DNA of 64,000 bases from Candidatus Pacearchaeota archaeon (GTDB lineage: Archaea > Nanobdellota > Nanobdellia > Pacearchaeales > GW2011-AR1): the NCBI GenBank assembly GCA_019659125.1, contig JAIFVX010000001.1, positions 340,135 to 404,134 of the forward strand, read 5' to 3'. Of the stretch, positions 49,057 to 58,901 are shown one piece after another. The translations under genes were made by a program, and so were the position numbers. The notes beneath the pieces were generated by a model. The model ran no database searches. It had not been told where the DNA came from and saw nothing but the letters and a program-made list of their open reading frames with translations. Each line of letters starts with the position of its first letter. The first letter of the stretch is position 1.

Positions 49057-49206
49057 TTAATCCTCGTTTTCGAGTTCCTTGATTCTCTCGCTGACTCCTT
49101 TAGTCTCGTTGTCAAGAGCTTCCTTGTACTCCCTCAACATTTCAAGTTTCTCATCCTTGGTAAGAAACTGTCGTACTCCTGAGCACTGCATTGAATAGCA
49201 ATTCAT
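49057..49206 (-). CDS. 49-aa coiled-coil protein (DUF5320-like; not in ORF track)
   Basis: MNCYSMQCSGVRQFLTKDEKLEMLREYKEALDNETKGVSERIKELENED; AAAGGAGGT SD upstream. Confidence 0.75.
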   Translation of the reverse strand: MNCYSMQCSGVRQFLTKDEKLEMLREYKEALDNETKGVSERIKELENED

Positions 49207-49229
49207 GGGCATTACCTCCTTTCATGTTT

Positions 49230-49288
49230 GTATCGGACATACGATATTTAATAAGCAGTTATATTTAAATATATCGGTCACCCAATAT
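49230..49288. promoter_or_regulatory. Two ATATCG-N6-CGATAT palindromes (49230-49247, 49271-49288), candidate PadR operators
   Basis: gTATCGgacataCGATAT and ATATCGgtcaccCaATAT, each immediately downstream of one of the two divergent TATA boxes. Confidence 0.6.
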
Positions 49289-49583
49289 GTTGATGAAAAG
49301 AAACTGTTGCGATATGCGAGGAATGCTTTCCTTTCTTATTCTTTTCCTCGTCTCGAAAAAACCAATGCACGGACAGGAGATTGCCGACGAGCTTGAGAAG
49401 AGAAAAGGTGAAAGGCCTAGTCCGGGCACTATTTACCCTGCATTAAAAAGTCTAAAAGAAATGGGATTTATACAAGAGAAGAAAGACGGAAAGACAATCA
49501 ATTATACGATCACCAAGACGGGAGAGCACTCTCTCAAAATATCAAAACAGCAGTTCTGCAGAACATTTATGGATGTCTTCTAG
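49287..49583 (+). CDS. PadR family transcriptional regulator
   Basis: ILxLL...PMHGQEI...PSPGTIYPALKSL..GFI...YTITKTG. Confidence 0.9.
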   Translation: MLMKRNCCDMRGMLSFLILFLVSKKPMHGQEIADELEKRKGERPSPGTIYPALKSLKEMGFIQEKKDGKTINYTITKTGEHSLKISKQQFCRTFMDVF

Positions 49584-49953
49584 ATCGTACGACGAATCCA
49601 GGACACTCTTCAAACAGAACTTCAATCGGTTGTGCCTTTTCACCAGGAGAGCTAGGAGTCCATGTGGCGAGCATTGTAAGATCCTTGTAATAAGGATAGC
49701 ATGGTTCAGCTCTGCTGCCTGCCAGAGTATAAAGAACATACTGATGATCTGCATTCTTTGAGCCAGCATCCAAAATATCGACGACACCGACTTTAAATTG
49801 AGAGTGCGCATCGTGAAGCGTTACCATACTTCCTGCATATTTTAAGATAGCATCTTGTCTTTCCTCAAGAGTTTTAGGGTTTTCTAAAACATGTTTGATA
49901 TTAGAATAAAGAGATAGAGAAACCTTCACAGGTATAGGTTTTTTATCATTCAT
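49567..49953 (-). CDS. Hypothetical protein (start revised from 50208)
   Basis: ATG at 49953 follows a TATA-like box; the longer ORF is the antisense of the CC1-like gene. Confidence 0.5.
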   Translation of the reverse strand: MNDKKPIPVKVSLSLYSNIKHVLENPKTLEERQDAILKYAGSMVTLHDAHSQFKVGVVDILDAGSKNADHQYVLYTLAGSRAEPCYPYYKDLTMLATWTPSSPGEKAQPIEVLFEECPGFVVRSRRHP

Positions 49954-50046
49954 TTTATTACGCACTTCATACACTATAAAAAGATTGTTATGATAAGAAT
50001 CAAAGAAAACATTTATATAGGCTACCGGCTGTATAGCTGTATCAAA

Positions 50047-50220
50047 ATGGAAAAGCCAAAAATCAGCTTCTACGATGTCAAGACAAAAAAGAAGTTCGAG
50101 ACAAACACGTACAGAATCGTAGAAAAGAAAGGCCGATTCTTCGCAGTCACTAAATCTCCAGCAGGATCTCATGAATGCTGGCGAGTTGTTTCTAAGGACG
50201 AAGCTCAAAAGCTTAAGTAA
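50047..50220 (+). CDS. CC1-like small basic chromatin/DNA-binding protein (start revised from 49990)
   Basis: KISFYDVKTKKKFETNTYRIVEKKGRFFAVTKSP...WRVV resembles recalled crenarchaeal CC1 (KLKFYDIKAKQAFETDQYEVIEK..MFAVAKSPYTG.KVYRLL). Confidence 0.75.
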   Translation: MEKPKISFYDVKTKKKFETNTYRIVEKKGRFFAVTKSPAGSHECWRVVSKDEAQKLK

Positions 50221-50285
50221 AATTTCAAGTAAGAAATTTCGATTATTCTAACACTTAAACACGTTTTTTATCTCTGGTCCCTTTA

Positions 50286-50381
50286 TACATACATAGTAAG
50301 TATTAATGTACATACATAATAAGTAATAATTTATCTAAAAAAACATACATAATAAGTAAGATGATACATACATAATAAGGT
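50286..50381 (+). repeat. Four 17-bp direct repeats, consensus TACATACATAATAAGTA, abutting the TATA box of the giant gene
   Basis: Copies start at 50286, 50309, 50342 and 50365 (spacings 23/33/23), each with at most 2 differences; TTTATAAG at 50381-50388. Confidence 0.85.
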
Positions 50382-50411
50382 TTATAAGATGCATTTTCCA
50401 CCTATACGGGA

Positions 50412-53400
50412 ATGAAAAGGGGTGGCATAGGGAATAGTAGGATACATGAGTGTGAGGAACGTATAAAAATTCTTCAGCACCAACGAAAAAAATTCGTTGG
50501 AATTCTTCAAACACTAACACAGCAATATCTCAATCGTGAAATTTCAAGGGCTGAGTACGATCAGAAAACCAGCGAAAGACATGAAGGGAAAACATGTGCT
50601 GAATGGATTCATTACTATGACACTGCCATTCATGACTGCCATGAAACGATAGCAAAAGCGCGTGATGTAAGCAGAAGGAATAAGATCATTGCGTTCACGC
50701 TGCTAGGATTCATTATGGCCGTAACATTTTTCTATGCTTTTCATGGGCCTACTCTGACAGGATTCGCCGTGAATGAGGAGTCTGCCTATATCGATATCAT
50801 CAACCAATCACTCTCTTCTTCAACAACTTATTTCTGGCATCCAGAGCATCAGGGAACTCTGAGTTCATTAAGGATTTCAGGATCGGTCAAGGGAGAGGGC
50901 ACAGTAAAAATCTATCTCAATGACAAGCTTGTTTACGCCTCAGAGAAAAAAAGATCACTCATTACAGGCTCAGCTATTGAATCTCCTGAAGATATTCCAA
51001 ACGAGGCGGAGGCTCCTCAACAAACCACCCCTTTGAACGAAGAGCCTCCCCTCGAGGGAAACCAAACTGAGGAATCACTGAACGAAACGGCTGAAAACGT
51101 CTCGGTCAATGAAACCACTACAACACATGATGAGAATGTAACGGATGAATTCTCATACACTTTTACAAACGAATGCCAAGAGACCTGCAACCTCAAGGAT
51201 GAAAACTTGACCGACAACACCTATAATCTTAAAATCGAGCTTGAAGGTGCCGTGCTAACGCTAGACTCTATTTCTTATACGCTTATTTCCCCAAAAGTAA
51301 AGACGGGGGAAAACGCATCTTTTGATGAATTCACCCAAGGCCCTGCAGAGGTTGGAAAGCCAGTCACATGGACTAAGGATGTTCACGGAAAGAAGAACGT
51401 TACACTTCCAAAAGAAGCAAGAAACATTAAAGTAAGCAAGAATAATCAAGATATTATATGCGAGGAGAGTGAAAGCGAAGAAAGCAAAGATATAGCTTGT
51501 GGAGAAGAAGACTATGAGATAAGTTACGACACTCCTGCCCCTACACTGACAGAAGAATCCATGTCATCAACCCATAAGCGAATCACGATTCAAGGTCCTG
51601 ACTCAGTCCATTACAAAGATGTAACTGCTTCAGCAAAGATTGAGGAAACAGTAGATGCAAGCTCAATACAACTTCTCTGGAATGTTAATGATGTTCAGCA
51701 AGCTCATCCATTCACGGCCCTTGATACAAACAATGACTCCTTGTTTGACACCATCCAATGGACAGTTCCCCACTTGAGCACGCAAATATTTGATATCATT
51801 ATAGTCACGCATGCAGTGCACCTTGACAAAAACAGAAAATTCATCTCAGACATATACGATCAGATAAAGGCAGCCGATGGAATATGGAGTGATCCTATAG
51901 GGAATGAAGAGTATGTACGAATAACCTTTGCCAGGAGCCTCGATGCTACAAACGATATCAGCATCTATCCACGGATTGTCTCGGGAGATCCAATCATTGA
52001 AGTCAGTGAACGGGACGAAAATACAGTCATTGCTACATTCGCAAACATTCAGAACAATACCTATAACAAGGTTCTTCTGGAAACCCTGCAAGGGACTCAA
52101 GATACTTTTGACCTCAAGATCATAAATGGAACGGTCCAATTCGACCATATTATCGATCCACCTACAGGAATTGTAACTCTCTTCTTTAACAATACAATGA
52201 CCTCGGGTTCCTTTCCTGCGCGAGCCAAGAAACTGGGAACAGGGTCTCCCAATGCAGTCAACATAAGCTGGCCTGGAGAGTTCGATGCCAACCAAGTTCC
52301 GGTCGATGCTTCTGGTATAGGTCAATGGTTCCCAATTATAGGAACGATAGGAAATACAACTTCCACCAACGCAGTAAATAATGCAAGCCTTTCAAGCAGG
52401 TTGAATTACAGCGTTGGCCCTGGATGGTTGTGGGATGATAATCTTACAGGCTATCAAATTTCTCAAGGTGGCTTCCAGTTCAATGTTTCACTGATGGGAG
52501 GACAAGCTGCTGCAATCGCCGCAGGTGAGAGAATCTTTGTGCGAATCAGTATCGTCAATGTCACCAGCAATGCATTCCATGTTGTCCGAGACTTGCTTGC
52601 CACCAACTGCACAGGAGGAACATGCTCAGGCGGACAGAATGGATGGGCTCCCAATGAGGGCCCAAGAATAAACCATCCTGCATTAAATCAAATCTATACA
52701 AACATTACTTTTAATGTAACTTCAAATCAAAGCTATACATTCCATGAAGGTCAATGGCTCTATATCGAGCTAGGGTTTGGAGATGCAACAAGTACCACTG
52801 ACAGAACTATCGGATTACGATATAACATCGCAAACACCTTCGTAAAGACCCCTCGAATCTATGAAGCTACCGCTCCCATAGTAACCCTTCAGACACCAGC
52901 GGATGCTGCAACAGTGGATGCTGCAACCGTCGGGTTTAACGCCACATTCACTGATAATTCAAGGCTTGCAAATGTAACCTTATTTATCTGGAACTCAACC
53001 TCCCTGGTTAACCAAACAACGCGTTCGCTAGCAGGAACCACAAACAATACGAATATCTCAGTTACGCTTCCTCGAGTCGATACCTATTTCTGGAACTACC
53101 TTGCAAGCGACAATGAAAGCAACTCCGCATTTGCAAGCAACTTCACACTGGTGTATCAAGCTGCCGGAGATACGACTCCTCCTTTAGTGACCATAGGCTC
53201 TCCAGATAACAGGACATACATTAGACTGCAAGGCATCCCATTTGACTATAACGTCTCTCTTAATGAAAACGGTTCGGTCTCCTACAGCCTTGATGGAGGA
53301 ATCCATAATGTCTCAATGCTTGGTAATGAAGGAATATTTGGGACAACATTCAACGACACCAATGAATCGCTTGCAGAAGGTACTTATATATTCACAGTCT

Positions 53401-56400
53401 ATGCAAATGATACGGCTGGAAACCAGAATCACACGACACAAGTCTTTTTCAGTCGTGCCGATGTGAATATACTTTTGAATAGCACTGTTACTGACGCTGA
53501 TGGAGAACTTATCAATACGACGGTGCAAATCATCAAAAGCGATGGAACTACCATTTACAACCAAACCAACATTACGCATGATGATATCATTCCTGTGAAT
53601 GATACCTATGACATCATCATACAGCCTCATGGCATCGATGCGATTGAGCAAGTAGTGTTCGCAGATCTCAATTTGTCAGACTATGCCGGAACACAGGTGA
53701 ATGTCATCTCTATTGATGAAAGCAACGACAGCAGTGAAACTGCAGGTTTCGATTCCATCTTCGCCCTTGATCCTCAAATAGAGAACTTCACCGAGGCCAC
53801 AGTTACTATCAATGCTACGGCAAACACTATTTACAAGTGCGTCGACTGGGACTATGAGAACAGGACATGTCTGGGGGCCTGGGATCTGTTCCTTTCTGAT
53901 CTTGTGCCAGGAGAATTATATAACTTCACGCTGACACCTGGAGACCCTGGTTACGGAGTCATCAACATCATTAATGCCCAGCACCTGAACGCGAGCAGAG
54001 ACTTTATCTCAGACATCTACACCGAAGTGAAAGATCTCGATGATGTCTGGAGCGAAGACATCCAAGACACTCATTATGTCAGAATCACCTTTGAAAGAAA
54101 TCTAAGTAGCAGGAATGATATCAGCATCTATCCCAGAGTCATTTCAGGGACCCCTCGAATTGAAGTGTATGAATTCAATAGCACGCAAGTGCTGGGAGAA
54201 TTCACGACGCTTGATGAAAACACCTACAATAAGTTTATCTTATCATCATTGCCTGGGACTCAAGATACTTTTGACCTCAAGATCATCAATGGAACGGTCC
54301 AATTCGACCATATCACTGACCCTTCAACAACCTTCCTGGTCCCCAATACAGGAACGGCGCCTGGAACCAACGGGACCCTGTCAGAAACAACATTCACAAT
54401 CTCGCAGCAATCACTAACAACGGATAATTCTACAACAAAACTTAATAGGTCGGATAACTACTGTCTGCTTGGTGGAGTAGGAACCGCGACTCTTGACTCT
54501 TTCGTCTTAGTAAACTTTACCCTCCCCTCTAACATGGCTTCTGTAGGTCAGGTCTTTATCACAACGGAAAGTAACACATCAGCAGCAAACGACGTCAAGG
54601 ATCTTGGCCTGTTCAACTGGACATCGTCGGCATGGGTGGTAGTTAACTCATCCAAGGGAGCAGCCAACATAGAGAATGTCACTACCTTCAACATCACGAA
54701 AACATTGGCATTGAACTTCGTCTCTTCAACAGGCATGGTGCGAGTCATGGTAAAGGGCAATGGAGGATCAGCTGATAGTGTTTGTGTAGATTTTATCAGT
54801 GCCAATGTCACCTATGAGGCATTTCCCGTTGCCAACCTATACACTCCCGCAAACGGCACCACAACAGGAGTAGCAGACATGGGATTCAATGCAACATTCA
54901 CTGATGACACTGGTGTTAACAATGCGACGTTGTGGATTTGGAATACCACTTCATTGGTCAACACGACAATGAGGGTCCTTAGAGGAACTACCAATAACAC
55001 TAACATTTCAGTCACACTTCCTCGAGGAGGAACCTACTTCTGGAACTATCAGGTAAATGACACGGTAGGCAACTCAAGCTTTAACAGGACAAACTTCACG
55101 CTTACGTATGATAATTTCCCGCCTATTGTCACCATGGACAAGCCTGCAAACATAACGTTCAATTCATTCCCAATCCTTTTCAATATTACTACAGATGAGA
55201 ATGCAACGTGCAACTACACGCTCGATAATGGGGCGAACAACAAGACATTGTTCAACCAGACACAAAGAGCATTCAATGCGACAAACGCAAGCATGGCGGA
55301 TGGTAACTATATAGTCACCTACTATTGCTGGGACATTTTCAATAACTTTAATGGCACGGCCTCAAGAGGATTTGGTGTCGATACCGTAAATCCTGGTCTT
55401 GTGATTAATTCCCCCGCCAACAATAGCAATCTCACAACGTCATACTGGGCAATCTTGAACTGGTCGGTGCAGGACAAGAGCAACAGCACTGAAGTCTGGG
55501 TCTATGGTACAAATGACTCAAACGCATCATATATCTATGACTATCTTATCTACCATACAAAAAATAATGGGAATGGAAGCATCATGTTCAACTGGAGTGC
55601 CCCTGCAATACGAGCAACAGATAACACGACTGTTCTTCTATTGCATTTTGATAACCTTTCAGAGCAGGGAGAGAACGCTTCGGTAGTAAATGACTTCTCA
55701 CCGATACAAAACAATGCGACAGTGCAGAATATGCTTTTCAATGAAACGGGAAGGATTGCAGGAGCGCTGACATTCAATGGGGTCGCTTCAGCAGTCAATG
55801 TGAGCGTCAACAACTCCGTTGACTTCATCATGCCCTCCTATACAATCATGGCTTGGATTTACATAATAGGCAACGGAACCAACGCAAGCACGGGAGGTGG
55901 AGGAGCCACGATATATCCTATCATTTCAAAGGGAATTAATGAAAGTTCAGAGAGCACGACGACTGATATCCAATTCTATCTAGGAATAAATTCCTCTTCG
56001 GGGACGCTTCAAGGCGGATTCGAAAACCACACAAATGCGGGAGCTGGGGGAGGCCAAAACTCTCCTATCGTTGGTGTAACCGTATTGGAAACATATACCT
56101 GGTATCAGGTTGCGCTCGTGGTTGAAGAAAAGAAATATGAATCCCTGTATATAAATGGAATTCTTGAGGCAAACACAAGCATTCTAGGCCTGACGCCAAA
56201 CGGGACAAGAAACACAGCAAAGATAGGGATTGGTCAGGCATATAATACATCGGGAGCAGTCGTTGGCGCCTTCAACGGGACGATTGATGAGCTAGTTATT
56301 TTCAACAAATCATTGCAGGGAATTGATATCGCAAATCTCTATAATCTCTCAAATGGATTGAAATACTGGGCAGTAAATACTTCAGACAGTGCAACCAATA

Positions 56401-58901
56401 AAAACGCCTCTGCACGATACATCTTTAATCTAGCAACTCTCGATACGACCGCCCCACAAGTCACCATTATCGAACCGACGAGTAAAATATATGGTAGTAA
56501 CTCCCTGCAGTTCAATGTCTCGCTGACCGAGCCAGGTACTGTTCTCTATAGCCTCGATGGAGGAGCTAAAAACTATTCCATGACAGGCAATAATTCAAAT
56601 ACAGGATTTAATGCAACGAACGCAAGTATAGCCGACGGCATCTACACATTTAGTGCATATGCAAACGACACGGCTGGTAATAATAACTACACGGTTAGCG
56701 TGACGTTCCAGGTTGATGCAAAGAAACCTGATGTTAATTTCACTAACCCAACACCAAACAATGCAAGTTCTCAATCAGGTAATTCCATATTTGTGAATGT
56801 TTCCTCAAGCGACTCAACTCTCCATTACACCTTGCTGGACTTTGATCATTCCTTGAAGCTCTGGCTCAGGATGGACGACATCAACAGCACGAATGGAGTT
56901 ATTGACTCATCAAGCTACAGCACCAACGCAAGCAATTCGAGCAGGGCATTCCAGAATGCATCAGGAAAGTTCAACGCATCCTTCACCTTTGACGGCAATA
57001 GCAGCATCATTTCCCTTCCTTCCTATCCCTTGCTTCGTAATGAGGGCGAAGGCTTTACTGCATCCTTGTGGCTGAACAGGCAGCCTTCTGCCTCTGGAAC
57101 GGTGTATGTCTATGAAATGGGAGCATTGGCGTTTGCAATGACCTATGAAGGAAGCAGCATCGTATGTAATCTACGTAATAGTACGGGAAATGTTTATCAA
57201 ACGAATGCAGCCTTTACTCCTGCAGTCAGCACATGGTATAACGTTATCTGTTCATATAGTAGGAATGATAACGTGCTAAGACTATATGTAAATGGAGTAG
57301 TAAATACTACACTACCTATTGCCGCCTTTGACCAGTTCAACGGCCCTCCAAGCGATGGCATGGGCATTGGCTGCAGGTCTCTTTCCTTTTGTTCTGCGGG
57401 CAACGCATGGAACGGATCCCTTGATGAAGTTATTGTCTTCAATAGAAGCTTGAACAATACAGAAATTGGAGCATTATACGATGCAACGGCTACTCAATAT
57501 ACTAATAACTTCACATCACTATCGGCAGGCGACCATACATTTACAGCATATGCTGTCGACATGCTGGGGAATAAGAATCAGACAGAACAAACGACTGTAA
57601 CGATTACAAATCCGACAAATACTGCCCCTTCGATCACCTCTGTCCAAGCCCTAGCAGCACAAGACCCTACGGAAGATTCCATAACAAATGTAATCTTTAA
57701 CTTCACAGCCTATGATCCCGATGGATTTGGAGATCTTAAAGACGCCAGCGCTCGTGTCAATGTCACAATAATAGGCCAGTCAAACCTAAGGCAAAACCTT
57801 TCATGTGCTGAATTGAATAATTTCGCAACGAATTATGCAAATTACACCTGTAGTGTGCAGATGCAATATTTTGATTCAAGCGGCTCATGGAATCTTTCGG
57901 TTTCCATCAACGATACTGCTGACGCAGTTGCTATCAATGAGTCAACGTATTTCACCTATAATCAATTGTCTGCATTTACAGTAGGACCTTCTAACTTAAC
58001 GTTCGCATCTCTAACTCCTGGATCAACCAATCAGACATCAAACAATGATCCTCTAGTATTGAACAATACGGGAAACAAGAACGTTACGCTTGGTAATATT
58101 CAGGTAAATGCAACAAACTTAAAGGGAGAGACTGATAATACGAAGGCTTTGTATGCAAACAACTTCACACTTTCAATAGTCACAGGCTCATCCTTTGAGT
58201 GCGGCATCAGCGGCAATCAGAGCGTTGCGATGAGCCACTGGGCGTTCATCAATGTCACGAACTCTTCTCTGACAAACGGTAATCACTCGCTTGCTGATGG
58301 TTCAACCGGACAAGAGCAGATCTACATGTGTCTTACAGTGGTAGGAAATGAGCTTTCTGGTCAGGCCTACTCGACTGCAGGTGAAGGGGCATGGACACTC
58401 AAGATCCTAATTGTGGCATTGGGCATAAGAAGAAGGAAGAAGGAAATAGAAGCCATTGAAGAGTTGAAGAGGAAGTATTCCTTGACTGACGAAGACCTCC
58501 GAGAGATACTTGAGAACAGATCGTCAGATAAAGTGCCGGTAACTCTCTTCATAACTGAGCTTGGAGGCCTTGAATCGCTCTGCAAGTACTTGAAGGAAAA
58601 CAGAAATATGAGCTATCATGAGATCGCCATGCAGCTTGAAAGAAACGATAGGACTATATGGACCTCCTATAAGAAAGCATCAAGCAAGTATACTGAATCG
58701 ATAAGGGAAGATAAGGAAGCACTGCAGATCCCACTGTCAGTATTTAAGAACAAAGAGCTTACGGTATTTGAATCGATTATCATCTACCTTAAGAAGCAGG
58801 AGCTTACCTTCAGCGAGATTGCCCAGCTGTTGCAAAGAGACCAAAGAAATGTCTGGACAATTCATTCGAGGGCAGTAAGGAAAATAAAAAGAAACGTTTA
58901 A
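50412..58901 (+). CDS. Giant (2829 aa) LamG/Ig-repeat surface glycoprotein with N-terminal TM and C-terminal tandem HTH domains
   Basis: TM near aa 92-110; duplicated modules; two LamG-like domains; very dense NxS/T sequons; ILIVALGI-RRRKK; then SYHEIAMQLERNDRTIWTSY and TFSEIAQLLQRDQRNVWTIH. Confidence 0.85.
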   Translation: MKRGGIGNSRIHECEERIKILQHQRKKFVGILQTLTQQYLNREISRAEYDQKTSERHEGKTCAEWIHYYDTAIHDCHETIAKARDVSRRNKIIAFTLLGFIMAVTFFYAFHGPTLTGFAVNEESAYIDIINQSLSSSTTYFWHPEHQGTLSSLRISGSVKGEGTVKIYLNDKLVYASEKKRSLITGSAIESPEDIPNEAEAPQQTTPLNEEPPLEGNQTEESLNETAENVSVNETTTTHDENVTDEFSYTFTNECQETCNLKDENLTDNTYNLKIELEGAVLTLDSISYTLISPKVKTGENASFDEFTQGPAEVGKPVTWTKDVHGKKNVTLPKEARNIKVSKNNQDIICEESESEESKDIACGEEDYEISYDTPAPTLTEESMSSTHKRITIQGPDSVHYKDVTASAKIEETVDASSIQLLWNVNDVQQAHPFTALDTNNDSLFDTIQWTVPHLSTQIFDIIIVTHAVHLDKNRKFISDIYDQIKAADGIWSDPIGNEEYVRITFARSLDATNDISIYPRIVSGDPIIEVSERDENTVIATFANIQNNTYNKVLLETLQGTQDTFDLKIINGTVQFDHIIDPPTGIVTLFFNNTMTSGSFPARAKKLGTGSPNAVNISWPGEFDANQVPVDASGIGQWFPIIGTIGNTTSTNAVNNASLSSRLNYSVGPGWLWDDNLTGYQISQGGFQFNVSLMGGQAAAIAAGERIFVRISIVNVTSNAFHVVRDLLATNCTGGTCSGGQNGWAPNEGPRINHPALNQIYTNITFNVTSNQSYTFHEGQWLYIELGFGDATSTTDRTIGLRYNIANTFVKTPRIYEATAPIVTLQTPADAATVDAATVGFNATFTDNSRLANVTLFIWNSTSLVNQTTRSLAGTTNNTNISVTLPRVDTYFWNYLASDNESNSAFASNFTLVYQAAGDTTPPLVTIGSPDNRTYIRLQGIPFDYNVSLNENGSVSYSLDGGIHNVSMLGNEGIFGTTFNDTNESLAEGTYIFTVYANDTAGNQNHTTQVFFSRADVNILLNSTVTDADGELINTTVQIIKSDGTTIYNQTNITHDDIIPVNDTYDIIIQPHGIDAIEQVVFADLNLSDYAGTQVNVISIDESNDSSETAGFDSIFALDPQIENFTEATVTINATANTIYKCVDWDYENRTCLGAWDLFLSDLVPGELYNFTLTPGDPGYGVINIINAQHLNASRDFISDIYTEVKDLDDVWSEDIQDTHYVRITFERNLSSRNDISIYPRVISGTPRIEVYEFNSTQVLGEFTTLDENTYNKFILSSLPGTQDTFDLKIINGTVQFDHITDPSTTFLVPNTGTAPGTNGTLSETTFTISQQSLTTDNSTTKLNRSDNYCLLGGVGTATLDSFVLVNFTLPSNMASVGQVFITTESNTSAANDVKDLGLFNWTSSAWVVVNSSKGAANIENVTTFNITKTLALNFVSSTGMVRVMVKGNGGSADSVCVDFISANVTYEAFPVANLYTPANGTTTGVADMGFNATFTDDTGVNNATLWIWNTTSLVNTTMRVLRGTTNNTNISVTLPRGGTYFWNYQVNDTVGNSSFNRTNFTLTYDNFPPIVTMDKPANITFNSFPILFNITTDENATCNYTLDNGANNKTLFNQTQRAFNATNASMADGNYIVTYYCWDIFNNFNGTASRGFGVDTVNPGLVINSPANNSNLTTSYWAILNWSVQDKSNSTEVWVYGTNDSNASYIYDYLIYHTKNNGNGSIMFNWSAPAIRATDNTTVLLLHFDNLSEQGENASVVNDFSPIQNNATVQNMLFNETGRIAGALTFNGVASAVNVSVNNSVDFIMPSYTIMAWIYIIGNGTNASTGGGGATIYPIISKGINESSESTTTDIQFYLGINSSSGTLQGGFENHTNAGAGGGQNSPIVGVTVLETYTWYQVALVVEEKKYESLYINGILEANTSILGLTPNGTRNTAKIGIGQAYNTSGAVVGAFNGTIDELVIFNKSLQGIDIANLYNLSNGLKYWAVNTSDSATNKNASARYIFNLATLDTTAPQVTIIEPTSKIYGSNSLQFNVSLTEPGTVLYSLDGGAKNYSMTGNNSNTGFNATNASIADGIYTFSAYANDTAGNNNYTVSVTFQVDAKKPDVNFTNPTPNNASSQSGNSIFVNVSSSDSTLHYTLLDFDHSLKLWLRMDDINSTNGVIDSSSYSTNASNSSRAFQNASGKFNASFTFDGNSSIISLPSYPLLRNEGEGFTASLWLNRQPSASGTVYVYEMGALAFAMTYEGSSIVCNLRNSTGNVYQTNAAFTPAVSTWYNVICSYSRNDNVLRLYVNGVVNTTLPIAAFDQFNGPPSDGMGIGCRSLSFCSAGNAWNGSLDEVIVFNRSLNNTEIGALYDATATQYTNNFTSLSAGDHTFTAYAVDMLGNKNQTEQTTVTITNPTNTAPSITSVQALAAQDPTEDSITNVIFNFTAYDPDGFGDLKDASARVNVTIIGQSNLRQNLSCAELNNFATNYANYTCSVQMQYFDSSGSWNLSVSINDTADAVAINESTYFTYNQLSAFTVGPSNLTFASLTPGSTNQTSNNDPLVLNNTGNKNVTLGNIQVNATNLKGETDNTKALYANNFTLSIVTGSSFECGISGNQSVAMSHWAFINVTNSSLTNGNHSLADGSTGQEQIYMCLTVVGNELSGQAYSTAGEGAWTLKILIVALGIRRRKKEIEAIEELKRKYSLTDEDLREILENRSSDKVPVTLFITELGGLESLCKYLKENRNMSYHEIAMQLERNDRTIWTSYKKASSKYTESIREDKEALQIPLSVFKNKELTVFESIIIYLKKQELTFSEIAQLLQRDQRNVWTIHSRAVRKIKRNV
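52092..54313 (+). repeat. 59-bp near-identical direct repeat (52092-52150 and 54255-54313) inside the giant gene
   Basis: 58/59 identical; encodes GTQDTFDLKIINGTVQFDHI at the end of a duplicated ~120-aa domain. Confidence 0.85.

Noticed and set aside
49954-50208. N-terminal extension of the 213-aa ORF
   Set aside because: Antisense to the CC1-like gene and crosses the AT-rich promoter region
50286-50381. CRISPR array
   Set aside because: Repeats are 17 bp with 6-16 bp gaps, too short for CRISPR, and there are no cas genes in the window
52092-54313. DGR template/variable repeat pair
   Set aside because: Both copies are coding and mid-gene with only one mismatch; no RT in the window
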